Part shown: positions 19,448 to 29,978 of the stretch, piece after piece
How the letters are laid out: each line of letters opens with the position of its first letter
How positions within the stretch are numbered: the stretch's first letter is position 1
Sequence record: OZ035741.1
Source: Felixounavirus LF82P2
Length of the DNA: 64,000 nucleotides
Strand: one strand, 5' to 3'
Position numbers and translations under genes: made by a program
Notes under the pieces: model-generated
Seen by the model: the letters and a program-made list of their open reading frames with translations, nothing else
Database searches by the model: none
What the model was told of the DNA's origin: nothing

Positions 19448-19711
19448 TTGAGAGAGAATAAAATGTTTAACAAAAGTAAAGCTGTGAGTCATGTAGCAAA
19501 GGTTGACAGCAAGATTGAAGAACTTGAGCGCATTCTTGCAAATGCCAGAGAGTCAATAATTAAAGAAGTTGAAGCTGTTGAATCCCAAATGCAGCACCTA
19601 ATGCTTAAACGTCAAGAGTTACGTGAGCATCTGGAATATATTGAAACACGAGAGCTAAAAGTTAACAGATATTTTAAGGAGTCCGAATGTTTAACTCAAG
19701 AGAATCAGTAA
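19448..19711 (+). CDS. hypothetical coiled-coil protein
   Basis: 87 aa ORF. Confidence 0.35.
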   Translation: MRENKMFNKSKAVSHVAKVDSKIEELERILANARESIIKEVEAVESQMQHLMLKRQELREHLEYIETRELKVNRYFKESECLTQENQ

Positions 19712-20442
19712 AAAACTGGAACCTTCGTTGTGGAAACACTCAAAAGCAACCTTACAGTAATGAGTATTGGGAATCTTTAAAATCTCAATCTCTGTGTATG
19801 CTTGAAGAAGCAAAAGAGCTTGTAAAAGCAATTGAAGAGAAAGACCCCATTGAGACACTGGATGCTCAGGCGGATTTACAATATGTTCTTGACGGTTTGA
19901 TTTACCTGTCACAACATGACCACAATGGTGCTATGAAAGCTGTTTGCCATAATAATGACCTGAAGTACACAGATGACTATGAAGAAGCTTTAAAACGTCT
20001 TGCAGACATTGAAAAGCGTACTGGTCAAGAGTGTATTATCAGAATGTCAGTAGTTGATGGTAAAGAGTGGTATGCGATTGTTCGTGCAGCCGATGGGAAG
20101 ATTATGAAGCAATCAAATCTCCCTAAAGTACAGCTTGGTGAATACATTGTAGAACTTGAAAGCCAAGAACTTTTTGTGGTAGTATCTGAGACATGCGTTA
20201 TCTGCAAAGGTATTGTAGGTAGCTTAAAGGATTTGGGTGTAGATGGTTTTGTAGAAGTTAATCCAATTACCTCTAAAGCAGATAAAGACTTCTGTAAAGA
20301 GAATGGACTATGGATTGCAGATATTGTCTACTATGATGGTGAGCAGTTCCATGTAACCTCATACCCGAAACTGAATTATGATGCTAATAACCTGAAGTGC
20401 TGGTTAAAAGGGGTTGGTTATAATGGATTCACAGAACATTAA
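19687..20442 (+). CDS. hypothetical protein
   Basis: AAGGAG RBS before ATG; 251 aa. Confidence 0.4.
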   Translation: MFNSRESVKNWNLRCGNTQKQPYSNEYWESLKSQSLCMLEEAKELVKAIEEKDPIETLDAQADLQYVLDGLIYLSQHDHNGAMKAVCHNNDLKYTDDYEEALKRLADIEKRTGQECIIRMSVVDGKEWYAIVRAADGKIMKQSNLPKVQLGEYIVELESQELFVVVSETCVICKGIVGSLKDLGVDGFVEVNPITSKADKDFCKENGLWIADIVYYDGEQFHVTSYPKLNYDANNLKCWLKGVGYNGFTEH

Positions 20443-20746
20443 TAAAGAGGGTGTGGCTCAGAAGAGCCACTTCTCAAACTACAACATTTCTATGACGGTG
20501 TTTATGAATGACCCGTTACTAGAAAAGTATGGTGAGACTCCAGATACACTTCTGGACAATGAACAAGTTTTAAAAGCAGTCCTGTACAAATACGGGATTG
20601 ACATTGAGAAAGAGTATTCTTTTGAAATCTGCCAACACAGGAATACTTTTGGGAAAGTTGTGATGGCCCCGCTCTTTATGGGTGTAGAAAGGACTGACTA
20701 TGGTTGGTTATATCTAAAAAGAAACTTGGAGAAATACCGTGTCTAA
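20423..20746 (+). CDS. hypothetical protein
   Basis: ORF; start moved to first ATG after purine-rich RBS. Confidence 0.35.
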   Translation: MDSQNINKEGVAQKSHFSNYNISMTVFMNDPLLEKYGETPDTLLDNEQVLKAVLYKYGIDIEKEYSFEICQHRNTFGKVVMAPLFMGVERTDYGWLYLKRNLEKYRV

Positions 20747-21077
20747 AGCAAAAAAGCTATCTTATGATGATATTGTCTCAGGTGCTAAGTTAGGCGTTGA
20801 CAGCCTCGGACAAGATGTTAAGCACGGGGACACAGTTATGTACTGTGATGACCGAAGAGGCAGAAGTGCAATCTTGTTTGGAAGAATTGTTTGCAAGATG
20901 CGAGGCAATTACGTTGTTGCAGACATGGATGTGAACGTTACACAAAAACTTGAAACACTTATGAATGATAATACACCATCATGGTTCTCCCTGAATTGTA
21001 TGCACACTTCTTCAGTCACAAAAGTAAGTGATAAGTTTTACGATATGTGGCAGAATGAGCAAATTTTCAAGATTTAA
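20739..21077 (+). CDS. hypothetical protein
   Basis: 112 aa ORF. Confidence 0.35.
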   Translation: MSKAKKLSYDDIVSGAKLGVDSLGQDVKHGDTVMYCDDRRGRSAILFGRIVCKMRGNYVVADMDVNVTQKLETLMNDNTPSWFSLNCMHTSSVTKVSDKFYDMWQNEQIFKI

Positions 21078-21081
21078 ACTA

Positions 21082-21105
21082 GGGAGCCTCTTCGGAGGCT
21101 CTTTT
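21082..21105 (+). terminator. rho-independent terminator
   Basis: GGGAGCCTC-TTCG-GAGGCTC hairpin followed by TTTT. Confidence 0.45.
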
Positions 21106-21123
21106 CATCTGTAGGATTCGAAA

Positions 21124-23358
21124 ATGATTAAGACAATTAAAAAATCAAATGGTACAGTAGTAAGCTTTGACCCAGAAAGACTGAATAAGTGGGCATCATG
21201 GGCAGATAAACGTGGAATTATCTGGTCAGAAGTCACTATGGAAGCTATGAAACGTGTCTATGAGGGTTGCACTACAAAAGAGATGCACCAAGCCATGATT
21301 GATGTTTGTGTTGATAAACAAACTCAAGAGTACTCAGATATGGCTGGGCGGCTACTTCTAGGGATTATCTACAAAGAAGCCTTTGGAGGCTTTACTAAGG
21401 TTCCTACGCTGATTACCTTCGTTAAAAATATGGAGAGAGCAGGACTTTGGGAGAAGATGGACTATTCACAGGAAGAGCTTGAATACCTGCAAGGTTACAT
21501 CGTACACTCAAAAGATATCTCTTACGGCTATGCGGTCTTGAAACAGTTCAGAGACAAGTACGGTATCCGTGATATTAAAACGGGAAGACTGTTTGAGTCA
21601 CCACAATTTATGTTTATGGGTATGGCTATGAAAGCCTTTGAGAAGCAACCAAAGCACCGTAGACTGCAAGATGTTATCAAGCTGTACACTTACCTATCTG
21701 ACCTGAAGATTAACGCTCCTACACCTTATTTAAACGGTTTAAGAGCAACTAAATCAGGCTATGCGTCATGCTGTTTGATTAAGGCAAATGATACTGCTGA
21801 GTCACTTGGTATTGCTGCAAAGGTTGCTTATGATATGACCACAAAGCAAGCTGGTATTGGTATGCTGATGGAGACTCGAACTATTGGTGATGGTATCCGT
21901 CAAAATACTATTGAGCACATGGGTAAGCTACCTTATTACAAGCTTGTACGTTCATCTGTAGAGGCAAACAAACAGAAGAGTCGTGGTGGTTCAGCTAATA
22001 ACTTCTACACTGCTCTAGACCCGCAGATTGAAGATTTACTGCGTTTGAAGCACCCTACAACGGTTCCTTCTAAACGTATTAATGAGATGGACTACTCATT
22101 CGGCACAAACGATTATTTCTGGCAGTGTGTCCAGTATGATACAGATTGGTTGCTATTCTCTTACAAAGATGCACCAAAACTCTATGACATGTTCTACACA
22201 GCATCTGCTGATGAGTTTGCTATGGCAGTTGGTCACGCAGTACATTCAGGTGTTAAACACAGACGGGTAAAGGCTCGTGAAATTGCTAAACTGTTTATTC
22301 AGCAGCGTTATGCTACAGGTCGTGTGTATCCATTCTTCACTAACAATGCAAACACACATACACCATTCAAAGAACCATTGAAGATGTCAAATCTTTGTAT
22401 GGAAATTGTATTGCCAGTGTATGGTTTTGAGAAAGAGACAGACCTTTACAGAGACGATGCTGTGAAAGAGGATGGTGAGGTGGCTCTTTGCTTCCTAGCT
22501 AGTTTGGTTGCAGGGAGAATTTCAGAAGATGAATACGCTGACGTTGCTTATTATGCTCTTGCAATGGTTGACTCCGTTATTGACCTTATGGATTATCCGT
22601 ATCCGTCGATGCGTAACCATGTTCAGAAGCGTCGTTCTGTTGGGATTGGCCTTACAAATGTGGCTCATTACCTTGCGAAGAACTACGTGAACTACTCTTC
22701 ACGAGCAGGTAAAACGAAGCTTCATGAACTTGCAGAGATGCACTCTTACTATCTACATGAAGCCTCTCTGAGACTTGCTAAAGAGCGTGGAGTTCCAGAG
22801 TACATGAAGTTCACTAAGTATCCTGAAGGCTGGGTTCCTCCAAAGACAGCCAACAAGAAGATTGATGAGAAGCATGATGCAAAACTAAGATATGATTGGG
22901 ATGACTTAGCACAACGTATCAAAGAAAATGGTGGAATCCGAAACTCTGTATTAGAAGCTTACATGCCTAATGAGAGTTCTTCACTAGCAACTAATACGAC
23001 AAACGGCTTGTACCCAATTCGTGACTTTATTTTAACTAAAAAGTCTGCAACTGGTAACGTACTGTTTATTGTTCCAGATTATGAAGAGTTGAAGTATGTA
23101 TATGAAATTGCTTGGGGTATTGACACCTTTGACCTGATTGATTGTTATGCAATTGTTCAAAAGTTCACTGGTCAAGCTATCTCTTCAGACTTCTATGTTG
23201 ACTATGCAAAGTCTAAGAAGGTATCATTGGCTCAAGCTTTGAAGTACATGATTTATGCCAACTCTGTAGGTATGAAAACCATGTACTACCTTAACAGTCG
23301 CATTGGTGTAGGTAAATCTGCACTGCAAGATGCTTATTGCGAGGGATGTGGTGTTTAG
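21124..23358 (+). CDS. nrdA: ribonucleotide reductase class I large subunit
   Basis: 744 aa; ATP-cone-like N-terminus, C-terminal CxxC tail (YCEGCGV). Confidence 0.8.
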   Translation: MIKTIKKSNGTVVSFDPERLNKWASWADKRGIIWSEVTMEAMKRVYEGCTTKEMHQAMIDVCVDKQTQEYSDMAGRLLLGIIYKEAFGGFTKVPTLITFVKNMERAGLWEKMDYSQEELEYLQGYIVHSKDISYGYAVLKQFRDKYGIRDIKTGRLFESPQFMFMGMAMKAFEKQPKHRRLQDVIKLYTYLSDLKINAPTPYLNGLRATKSGYASCCLIKANDTAESLGIAAKVAYDMTTKQAGIGMLMETRTIGDGIRQNTIEHMGKLPYYKLVRSSVEANKQKSRGGSANNFYTALDPQIEDLLRLKHPTTVPSKRINEMDYSFGTNDYFWQCVQYDTDWLLFSYKDAPKLYDMFYTASADEFAMAVGHAVHSGVKHRRVKAREIAKLFIQQRYATGRVYPFFTNNANTHTPFKEPLKMSNLCMEIVLPVYGFEKETDLYRDDAVKEDGEVALCFLASLVAGRISEDEYADVAYYALAMVDSVIDLMDYPYPSMRNHVQKRRSVGIGLTNVAHYLAKNYVNYSSRAGKTKLHELAEMHSYYLHEASLRLAKERGVPEYMKFTKYPEGWVPPKTANKKIDEKHDAKLRYDWDDLAQRIKENGGIRNSVLEAYMPNESSSLATNTTNGLYPIRDFILTKKSATGNVLFIVPDYEELKYVYEIAWGIDTFDLIDCYAIVQKFTGQAISSDFYVDYAKSKKVSLAQALKYMIYANSVGMKTMYYLNSRIGVGKSALQDAYCEGCGV

Positions 23359-23413
23359 TTTTAACAACTATGAGGGTCGTAAAAGACCCTCTAAAAATAA
23401 CTTTGGAGAGACC

Positions 23414-23671
23414 ATGAAAGATTTAATAGAAAAACATGAGCGACCAATATACTTGCTCTACAAACCCCGCAAAGCATTGTACTATGTGAGCAGCACAGGT
23501 ATCATGATAAAGCAGAATAATGACTTATGGGTCACTGGAGCCTCTTACATCTCTACAGCAGATGGTAAAATCTATGCAAGACCTTATGAGATGTTTAACA
23601 AAGAAAATTGGGAAGTTTTAGACAGAAAACAAGCCTTAGAAATGATAAAGAAAGGAGAAATCACGCTATGA
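23414..23671 (+). CDS. hypothetical protein
   Basis: GGAGAG RBS before internal ATG; lies between nrdA and nrdB. Confidence 0.3.
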   Translation: MKDLIEKHERPIYLLYKPRKALYYVSSTGIMIKQNNDLWVTGASYISTADGKIYARPYEMFNKENWEVLDRKQALEMIKKGEITL

Positions 23672-24741
23672 TTAACCAGCACCCAATCTTTTTAGGTGGT
23701 GAGAGAAAAACTTTTGACTCACTTAATAAGCACTACCCAAAAATCTTTGAGCTTTATAAACAACAAAAAGCACAAGATTGGTCAGAAGATGAGTTCCCTT
23801 TTGAACAATCACGTCTTGATTTTGAGAGTGTTCCAGCATCTATGTCAGGTGTAATGCTTGAGATTCTTAAGTGGCAGTGGGAAGCAGATACTCAAGTTGC
23901 TAAGAGCTTGGCATTTGCCTTTGCACCATTTATCTCTGATGACATCTATGCAACTGCAATTATGAAGCAGTCTGAGATTGAGAACCTTCATGCTTTGACT
24001 TACTCAGAGATTGTGAGGCAATGTATTAAAAACCCTGAAACAATCTTAGATGAGATTAACCAGAATGTTGCTGTGCAAGACCGATTAAAAACTGTGAATC
24101 GTGTTCTTGAAGAATTACTGGATGAAGGGATAAACTACCGACTGAGTTATGTCCGTGATTCACTTCTGGACAAAGACCCTTTACACTTCCATAAAGTGAT
24201 TCTGAAAGGTCTATTTGCAGTGACTGCACTGGAAGGTATATCTTTTATGGCATCCTTTGCATGTACTTTTGCACTTGATGCTCAAGATAAATTTCAGGGT
24301 ATTGCTCAAGCGGTACAGAAAATTATGCTTGACGAAATCCTTCACACTAAAATTGATATTGAAGTTTTAAAAGAAACTTTAAGAGATGATGAGTGGCAGA
24401 AAGCTTTTCAACAAGTTCTTCCAGAGATTAAAGTAATCTTAGATGAAGTAGTTGAAAGTGAAGAGAAATGGTCGTATTATATCTTCTCCGAAGGACGTGC
24501 TGTAGTTGGCTTAAATACAAAGCTTCTTCATGAGTGGGTTTACTATAATGCTGCACCACTGTATGATATGTTTGGCATTCCCAGAGATTTTGTAGCTCCT
24601 AAAGAACCACCTTTGAAGTACATGATTAAGAAGATGGAAATTGATAAAGAGCAGAATGCTAATCAGGAGCAACAGAACGGTGCGTACCTATTGAATACTG
24701 TTGTAGATGATTTGAATAGTGGATTTTTAGAGGTTCCTTAA
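23668..24741 (+). CDS. nrdB: ribonucleotide reductase class I small subunit
   Basis: AAAGGAG RBS before ATG at 23668; ferritin-like helices with conserved E/H spacing typical of R2. Confidence 0.65.
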   Translation: MINQHPIFLGGERKTFDSLNKHYPKIFELYKQQKAQDWSEDEFPFEQSRLDFESVPASMSGVMLEILKWQWEADTQVAKSLAFAFAPFISDDIYATAIMKQSEIENLHALTYSEIVRQCIKNPETILDEINQNVAVQDRLKTVNRVLEELLDEGINYRLSYVRDSLLDKDPLHFHKVILKGLFAVTALEGISFMASFACTFALDAQDKFQGIAQAVQKIMLDEILHTKIDIEVLKETLRDDEWQKAFQQVLPEIKVILDEVVESEEKWSYYIFSEGRAVVGLNTKLLHEWVYYNAAPLYDMFGIPRDFVAPKEPPLKYMIKKMEIDKEQNANQEQQNGAYLLNTVVDDLNSGFLEVP

Positions 24742-24983
24742 TGACTTATGTAATTTACTCCAAAACTGGATGCCCTCAGTGTGAGACTGCAAAGAATTTT
24801 GCAAAAGCTCGTGGTATTGACCATGTTGTGAGAATGTTAGGGCAGGATTATGAACTGTCAGACCTGATGGATATTGCACAGATGCCAGTTCGTCAGATGC
24901 CATTCATCATGAAGACTGATGGTCAAAATCTAAAACCTGTTGGGACGCTACAGAATTTTATGGCAGAGGTGAATAATGCTTAA
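24741..24983 (+). CDS. glutaredoxin/NrdH-like redoxin
   Basis: 80 aa with N-terminal CPQC active site; directly follows nrdB. Confidence 0.5.
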   Translation: MTYVIYSKTGCPQCETAKNFAKARGIDHVVRMLGQDYELSDLMDIAQMPVRQMPFIMKTDGQNLKPVGTLQNFMAEVNNA

Positions 24984-25182
24984 ACGCCTTTGGGAAGGTT
25001 TGGTTGTTGATGCACCAGCCATTGTGATTGGTATGCTTGTTGTTAACCTATTTACTGATTTTGAACAAGGTTCATTGTTTGGAGCCATGCTATTATGGGT
25101 TATCTTTGAAATATTAGAGATACAGCTAGGCATCACTGAAAAACTAAGAGAAATCTTTGCGAAGTTTTCTAAAAAGATTTAA
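24976..25182 (+). CDS. hypothetical small membrane protein
   Basis: Hydrophobic 68 aa ORF. Confidence 0.3.
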   Translation: MLKRLWEGLVVDAPAIVIGMLVVNLFTDFEQGSLFGAMLLWVIFEILEIQLGITEKLREIFAKFSKKI

Positions 25183-25188
25183 AATGAA

Positions 25189-25213
25189 AGGGTCTCTTCG
25201 GAGACCTTTTTAG
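25189..25213 (+). terminator. rho-independent terminator
   Basis: GGGTCTC-TTCG-GAGACC hairpin followed by TTTTT. Confidence 0.45.
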
Positions 25214-25230
25214 CATGTAAAGGGGCAATA

Positions 25231-27375
25231 ATGAACAAAGTACAGATTATTAAAAAGAATGGCTCACTTGAAGAACCTGATATCAAAAAAGTTTTAGCAG
25301 CAGTCACAAAGTCAGCTAACAGAGTTGGTTATAAAGAGCTTCCACCAGATGTTACTCAAGCTCTTGAGTCAGCATTTATGAGGATTCTGGTAAAGTCCAC
25401 TAAACAGAATAATTTGCTAATTTCGGTAAATGATATTCACAGTATTGTTGAGGGTGCTTTGGCAGAAGTCAATCACGAGATTTATGAGTCTTACTCAACA
25501 TATAGAAATTACCGTAAAGAGGTTGCTCAAAATTGGGATGAACTCTACCAGAAGACCAAAGATACACTCTTCTTAGGCGACCGAGAAAACGCTAATTTTG
25601 ACAGCAGTTTAATTTCTACAAAAGGCTCAATTATTCGTGGTTACCTGACTAAAGAAATCTTTAAACAGTACCATTTAACACCAGAGGAACTTGAAGCCAT
25701 TGAAAAAGGATTTATCTATATCCATGATTTAAGAGACCTAATTTTTGGTGGTATCAACTGTTGCCTGTTTGACATTGGTAAAGTCCTGAAAGGTGGCTTT
25801 GAAATGTCTGGCATCGAATATTGTGAACCGAAGTCTGTGCTGTCAGCCTTACAGGTTATTGGTGATGTAGTTCTTTCAGCAACTGCACAGCAATTTGGTG
25901 GCTTTACTTTAGCAGAGATTGATAAGGTACTTGTACCGTATGCTAAGAAGTCTCTACGCTATCATGCTGAGAAAGCAGCATCTTATGGTATTCCTAAAGA
26001 ACATTACCATAATTATGTCATGGAGCAGCTACAGATTGAATTAACTCAAGGTTTTCAGTCACTTGAAATGAAACTGAACACTGTACCTTGCAGCCGTGGT
26101 GATTTCGCATTCACAACTTTAACATTTGGGTTGCTCGACTCAGATATGTCTAATGAAGACAACCGACTACAATACATGATTGCAAGTACTCTCCTAGATG
26201 TTCGTATGAATGGACAAGGTAAGAGCAAGAAGCCTGTTGTATTTCCTAAACTGGTTTATATTTATGACCAGAAGAGACATGATGAAAATATCTGTCAAGG
26301 TCACCTGTACAGTAAAGCTATTGAGTGTTGCTCTAAAGCAATGTATCCAGATTTCTTAAGTGTATCTGGTCATGGTGCTGTAGCAGAGGCTTTTGAGCGT
26401 TCTGGCAAGGTTATTTCGCCGATGGGTTGCCGAGCGTTCTTATCTCCGTATCTTAACGAGAATGGGGAAGAGTTCTACGTTGGTCGTGCTAACATTGGTG
26501 CTGTATCTTTGAACTTACCAATGATTTACCAGTATTCTAAAGAGAATGGTTTAGATTTCTGGAAAGAGCTTGATAAGTACCTAGAAATGATTCGCAGCTT
26601 CCACAAGAAACGCTACGAAATGATTGCTAATATGCCAGCAAGTTCTAACCCTCTTGCATTCACGCAAGGTGGTCTGTACAAAGGGACTAAGAAGCCTACT
26701 GATAAGGTTGGTTGGGATATCGTGAAATCTTTCACAGCCTCTTTTGGGGTTACTGCTCTTGATGAGTTGTCTGTTCTTGCTGAGGGTAAACGACTCCATG
26801 AAGTTGGAAGCTGTAGTTTTGCATATGATGTTCTGGCATACATTAACATGAAAACTGAAGAGTTTAAGAACGAAGATGGCTTCTTGTATGCGGTATATGG
26901 CACTCCAGCAGAGTCATTGTGTGGAACTCAGCTAAAACAGTTCAGAGATATGTTTGGTGTTATTAAAGGCGTTTCTGACAAGGAATACTTTACAAACAGT
27001 TTCCATATGAATGTTGCAGCAAACATCTCACCATTTGAGAAGCAGGACTTAGAAGAGCCATTCTTCCATATCTGTAGAGGTGGCAGAATCCAGTATGTAA
27101 GGGTAGCTAACCCAGAAAACTTACCAGCACTTAAAAGTTGTATTACCAGAGGGATGTTGAAGGGTTTTTATCAGGGACTTAACTTTGACTTAGCAATCTG
27201 TGAACATTGTGGTAACAGACCAAAGGCTGATGTTGAAGAATGTGAGGTTTGTCATTCACACGATATCTCTGTGATTAACAGGGTGTGCGGGTACTTGTCA
27301 TTCACAAAAATTAAAGGTCAGTCTCGAATGAATGACGCTAAGATGGCAGAAATTAAGGATAGGGTTTCTATGTAG
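25231..27375 (+). CDS. nrdD: anaerobic ribonucleoside-triphosphate reductase
   Basis: 714 aa; C-terminal glycyl-radical motif RVCGYL and Cys-rich zinc site (CEHCG..CEVCH). Confidence 0.8.
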   Translation: MNKVQIIKKNGSLEEPDIKKVLAAVTKSANRVGYKELPPDVTQALESAFMRILVKSTKQNNLLISVNDIHSIVEGALAEVNHEIYESYSTYRNYRKEVAQNWDELYQKTKDTLFLGDRENANFDSSLISTKGSIIRGYLTKEIFKQYHLTPEELEAIEKGFIYIHDLRDLIFGGINCCLFDIGKVLKGGFEMSGIEYCEPKSVLSALQVIGDVVLSATAQQFGGFTLAEIDKVLVPYAKKSLRYHAEKAASYGIPKEHYHNYVMEQLQIELTQGFQSLEMKLNTVPCSRGDFAFTTLTFGLLDSDMSNEDNRLQYMIASTLLDVRMNGQGKSKKPVVFPKLVYIYDQKRHDENICQGHLYSKAIECCSKAMYPDFLSVSGHGAVAEAFERSGKVISPMGCRAFLSPYLNENGEEFYVGRANIGAVSLNLPMIYQYSKENGLDFWKELDKYLEMIRSFHKKRYEMIANMPASSNPLAFTQGGLYKGTKKPTDKVGWDIVKSFTASFGVTALDELSVLAEGKRLHEVGSCSFAYDVLAYINMKTEEFKNEDGFLYAVYGTPAESLCGTQLKQFRDMFGVIKGVSDKEYFTNSFHMNVAANISPFEKQDLEEPFFHICRGGRIQYVRVANPENLPALKSCITRGMLKGFYQGLNFDLAICEHCGNRPKADVEECEVCHSHDISVINRVCGYLSFTKIKGQSRMNDAKMAEIKDRVSM

Positions 27376-27382
27376 AATACAA

Positions 27383-27946
27383 ATGAATTACGAACTAATA
27401 TATAATGCAATTATTAAAAAGGCACATTCTGAAAGGGGTGTGCCTCTCACATACTACAAATGTCAAGGTAAGGGTTATGAAAGACACCATATCATACCAG
27501 TATGTCTAGGTGGCGATAAAATTAGTGGAGATAACATTGCTTTACTTACACCTAGAGAGCATTATATAGCTCATAAATTACTGGTTAAGATGTATCCAAA
27601 CAATCATAAGTTATGGTTTGCATGGAGCAGGTTAGCTCATGATGGCCTAGATAGGAAAATATCATCCAGAGACTATGAAAAGGTAAGGGCTTTAAACTCG
27701 AAAGCTCTATCGATTGTGAATAAAGGTAGGGTTTTCACTGAAGAGCATCGAAGACGATTAGGAGAAGTTCAAATAGGTAATACAAAGTCAAAAGGTTGTA
27801 AAAGGTCTATGGAAACAAGGAAGAAGATGTCAGAAGCCGGAAAAAAGCCAAAGAAAAAGAAAACTTGCCCGCATTGTGGCATGACTGGTGGTGCTGGTAA
27901 CATGACTCGATATCATTTTGACAATTGTAAGAAAAAAAAAAAATAA
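27383..27946 (+). CDS. HNH endonuclease
   Basis: ERHHIIPVCLGGDKISGDNIALLTPREHYIAH HNH core; start placed at ATG 27383 just after nrdD stop. Confidence 0.6.
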   Translation: MNYELIYNAIIKKAHSERGVPLTYYKCQGKGYERHHIIPVCLGGDKISGDNIALLTPREHYIAHKLLVKMYPNNHKLWFAWSRLAHDGLDRKISSRDYEKVRALNSKALSIVNKGRVFTEEHRRRLGEVQIGNTKSKGCKRSMETRKKMSEAGKKPKKKKTCPHCGMTGGAGNMTRYHFDNCKKKKK

Positions 27947-27957
27947 CCTTATGTAAA

Positions 27958-27990
27958 ACTTGACAAGGTGGTGTGGGTCTTGATAGGCTT
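27958..27990 (+). promoter_or_regulatory. candidate promoter with conserved ACTTGACAAGGTG box
   Basis: Same 13-mer as at 11613 and 56007. Confidence 0.4.
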
Positions 27991-28018
27991 ACATCACCTT
28001 TTTATTTGGAGTTACATT

Positions 28019-28354
28019 ATGGACTTGTGGCTTTATGTAGCAGTTTGTGGGATTGTATGTCTGATAATCTTATTTATTCTTGGAATAATGCGATTTAGAG
28101 ACATCATACAGTCAGATTTTTTACCTGAGTTTGCCATGATGGTTGGAGTTATTGCACTTTGTGTCTTGGCGGTGTTCTATTCATACAAAACTGTGATATG
28201 GATGAAGTCAAACAATTGTGTAAAAACTCATCAACATCGTGAGGTTACTTATTTTGTGAGTGTACTTAGTGGGAACACCACTGTACTTGTCCCACAAACT
28301 TCTGTAGAGTATCTTTACACATGTGATAATGGTAAAACTATATGGTGGAATTAA
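28019..28354 (+). CDS. hypothetical membrane protein
   Basis: Two predicted hydrophobic helices; start moved to ATG after GGAG RBS. Confidence 0.35.
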   Translation: MDLWLYVAVCGIVCLIILFILGIMRFRDIIQSDFLPEFAMMVGVIALCVLAVFYSYKTVIWMKSNNCVKTHQHREVTYFVSVLSGNTTVLVPQTSVEYLYTCDNGKTIWWN

Positions 28355-28557
28355 CAATGGCAACACTCTTAAAGGTATTGACACCCACACTACACATAGT
28401 AATCTTCTTCTTTGGTGTTAGTGTTATGGTATGGGGTTTTTCAGACCCACAATGGAATTTCTCATATCATGGTCAGATGGATTTATGGTCATGCTTCAAA
28501 CCATTTTTAGGGTTAGCTATAGCATTCAGTGCATTACCAACTAAGGTGAGATTATGA
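28342..28557 (+). CDS. hypothetical membrane protein
   Basis: 71 aa hydrophobic ORF. Confidence 0.3.
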   Translation: MVELTMATLLKVLTPTLHIVIFFFGVSVMVWGFSDPQWNFSYHGQMDLWSCFKPFLGLAIAFSALPTKVRL

Positions 28558-28949
28558 TTAAGTTGAACCAAAAACAATTAGAGTGGATTAAAGATTACGC
28601 CTCAGAGTGTGGCTCTTGCGAAAAGAATCATGTAAGATACTCAACATTCCACACAGTATTCACATTGTATATCGGCGACAATGTTCTAAGTGATTCTGTA
28701 GAAGATGGCGTAGCATTGCCTAACGAATTGCTTGACAAATTAGCTGTAGTCACTGGAACTTGGTCTGAAGAAGACGGTCATGAACTATCTAATGATATTG
28801 TCTTCTACAGTCTTGAAAACATTATGAATCCAGAGTACATTATGCTAATGACTTGTGCACAAGACTGTGTGCCATTACAAAGCTTCATTAAAGAGCACTG
28901 CGAAGAGTTTATTACTAAACAGGTTCCCTGTCAGGTGGTGTTTGAATGA
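28554..28949 (+). CDS. hypothetical protein
   Basis: 131 aa ORF. Confidence 0.35.
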   Translation: MIKLNQKQLEWIKDYASECGSCEKNHVRYSTFHTVFTLYIGDNVLSDSVEDGVALPNELLDKLAVVTGTWSEEDGHELSNDIVFYSLENIMNPEYIMLMTCAQDCVPLQSFIKEHCEEFITKQVPCQVVFE

Positions 28950-29245
28950 GTAAAACAATTCGAAGAAAAGGTTTAAAGAACGTTCATGGACTCTATGAGT
29001 GGAGAAATGAGGTACGTAACAGAGAAAATGCTTCAGATGTCTACTTCCATTCTGATATGATGTCCAGAAAAGGTGGCTCTTATGACTTTACAAGTCAGCC
29101 TTGTAGAGAGATTAAGCAGGCTACTAAACGTCTTACAAGAACACAAATCAGGCAGCTTTCTAAGACATCCTTCTTAGATGAAGACTTTGACATTGATAGC
29201 AAGTCTCCAAAGAAAGCCGCTAAGAACACTTATATGTATTGGTGA
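28946..29245 (+). CDS. hypothetical protein
   Basis: 99 aa ORF. Confidence 0.35.
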   Translation: MSKTIRRKGLKNVHGLYEWRNEVRNRENASDVYFHSDMMSRKGGSYDFTSQPCREIKQATKRLTRTQIRQLSKTSFLDEDFDIDSKSPKKAAKNTYMYW

Positions 29246-29254
29246 GGTAACTAG

Positions 29255-29740
29255 ATGAATTACATGGAGATTCGACCATTTGACACAGCTAATGGTGAAG
29301 GGGTTCGTGTAAGCCTCTTCGTAGCTGGTTGTAAGCATCACTGTGAAGGCTGCTTTAACAGGGAGTCTTGGAAGTTTAATGCTGGTAAAGTATTTACTTA
29401 TGCAAACCTCTACGTCATCATTAAGCTAATGGATGATGAGGCCATCAGTGGGTTGTCAATACTTGGTGGGGAGCCTCTGGATGATAGAAACATTCAAGAG
29501 GTCACCAACATATGCAAGCGTATTAAAACTGTTTATCCAGAAAAGTCTATATGGCTTTGGACAGGTTTTCAACTGCACGAAAAAATCCACTTAGATGTGA
29601 TGAAATATGTTGACGTGGTGATTGATGGTAAGTATGATTCATCTAAACCAACAGTTAAACCATATCGTGGTTCTGATAACCAAAACCTCTGGAGAAAAGA
29701 GTATGGGTGGCAAGGTGATTGCCAATGGCGAGCAGAATGA
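29255..29740 (+). CDS. nrdG: anaerobic ribonucleotide reductase activating protein (radical SAM)
   Basis: N-terminal CKHHCEGC (CxxxCxxC) radical-SAM cluster motif. Confidence 0.65.
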   Translation: MNYMEIRPFDTANGEGVRVSLFVAGCKHHCEGCFNRESWKFNAGKVFTYANLYVIIKLMDDEAISGLSILGGEPLDDRNIQEVTNICKRIKTVYPEKSIWLWTGFQLHEKIHLDVMKYVDVVIDGKYDSSKPTVKPYRGSDNQNLWRKEYGWQGDCQWRAE

Positions 29741-29978
29741 TTATTCTGGTAAGTGGACTTATGACATCAACAAGTTAGATGCCTGGATGATTTATACGAG
29801 AGAAAAATTTGGTGCACGTTCATTATGTGCTCTTGCAACGATGGTGAAGAACGTTACCTTTGAAATTCATGAATCAGATAAGTTTGGAGACTTCTACAGG
29901 ATTCAAAACATCAGAGAAGGTATAACTCCAATCGGTATCACTGAAGAAGAACTTCATAAGTTCTGTATTAAACTTTAA
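29703..29978 (+). CDS. hypothetical protein
   Basis: GGAG RBS before internal ATG; overlaps nrdG 3' end. Confidence 0.3.
   Translation: MGGKVIANGEQNDYSGKWTYDINKLDAWMIYTREKFGARSLCALATMVKNVTFEIHESDKFGDFYRIQNIREGITPIGITEEELHKFCIKL

Noticed and set aside
19687-20442. MazG-like nucleotide pyrophosphohydrolase assignment for ORF 19687-20442
   Set aside because: Only a vague helical EE-rich resemblance; no clear EExxE-type motif could be verified by eye, so left as hypothetical.
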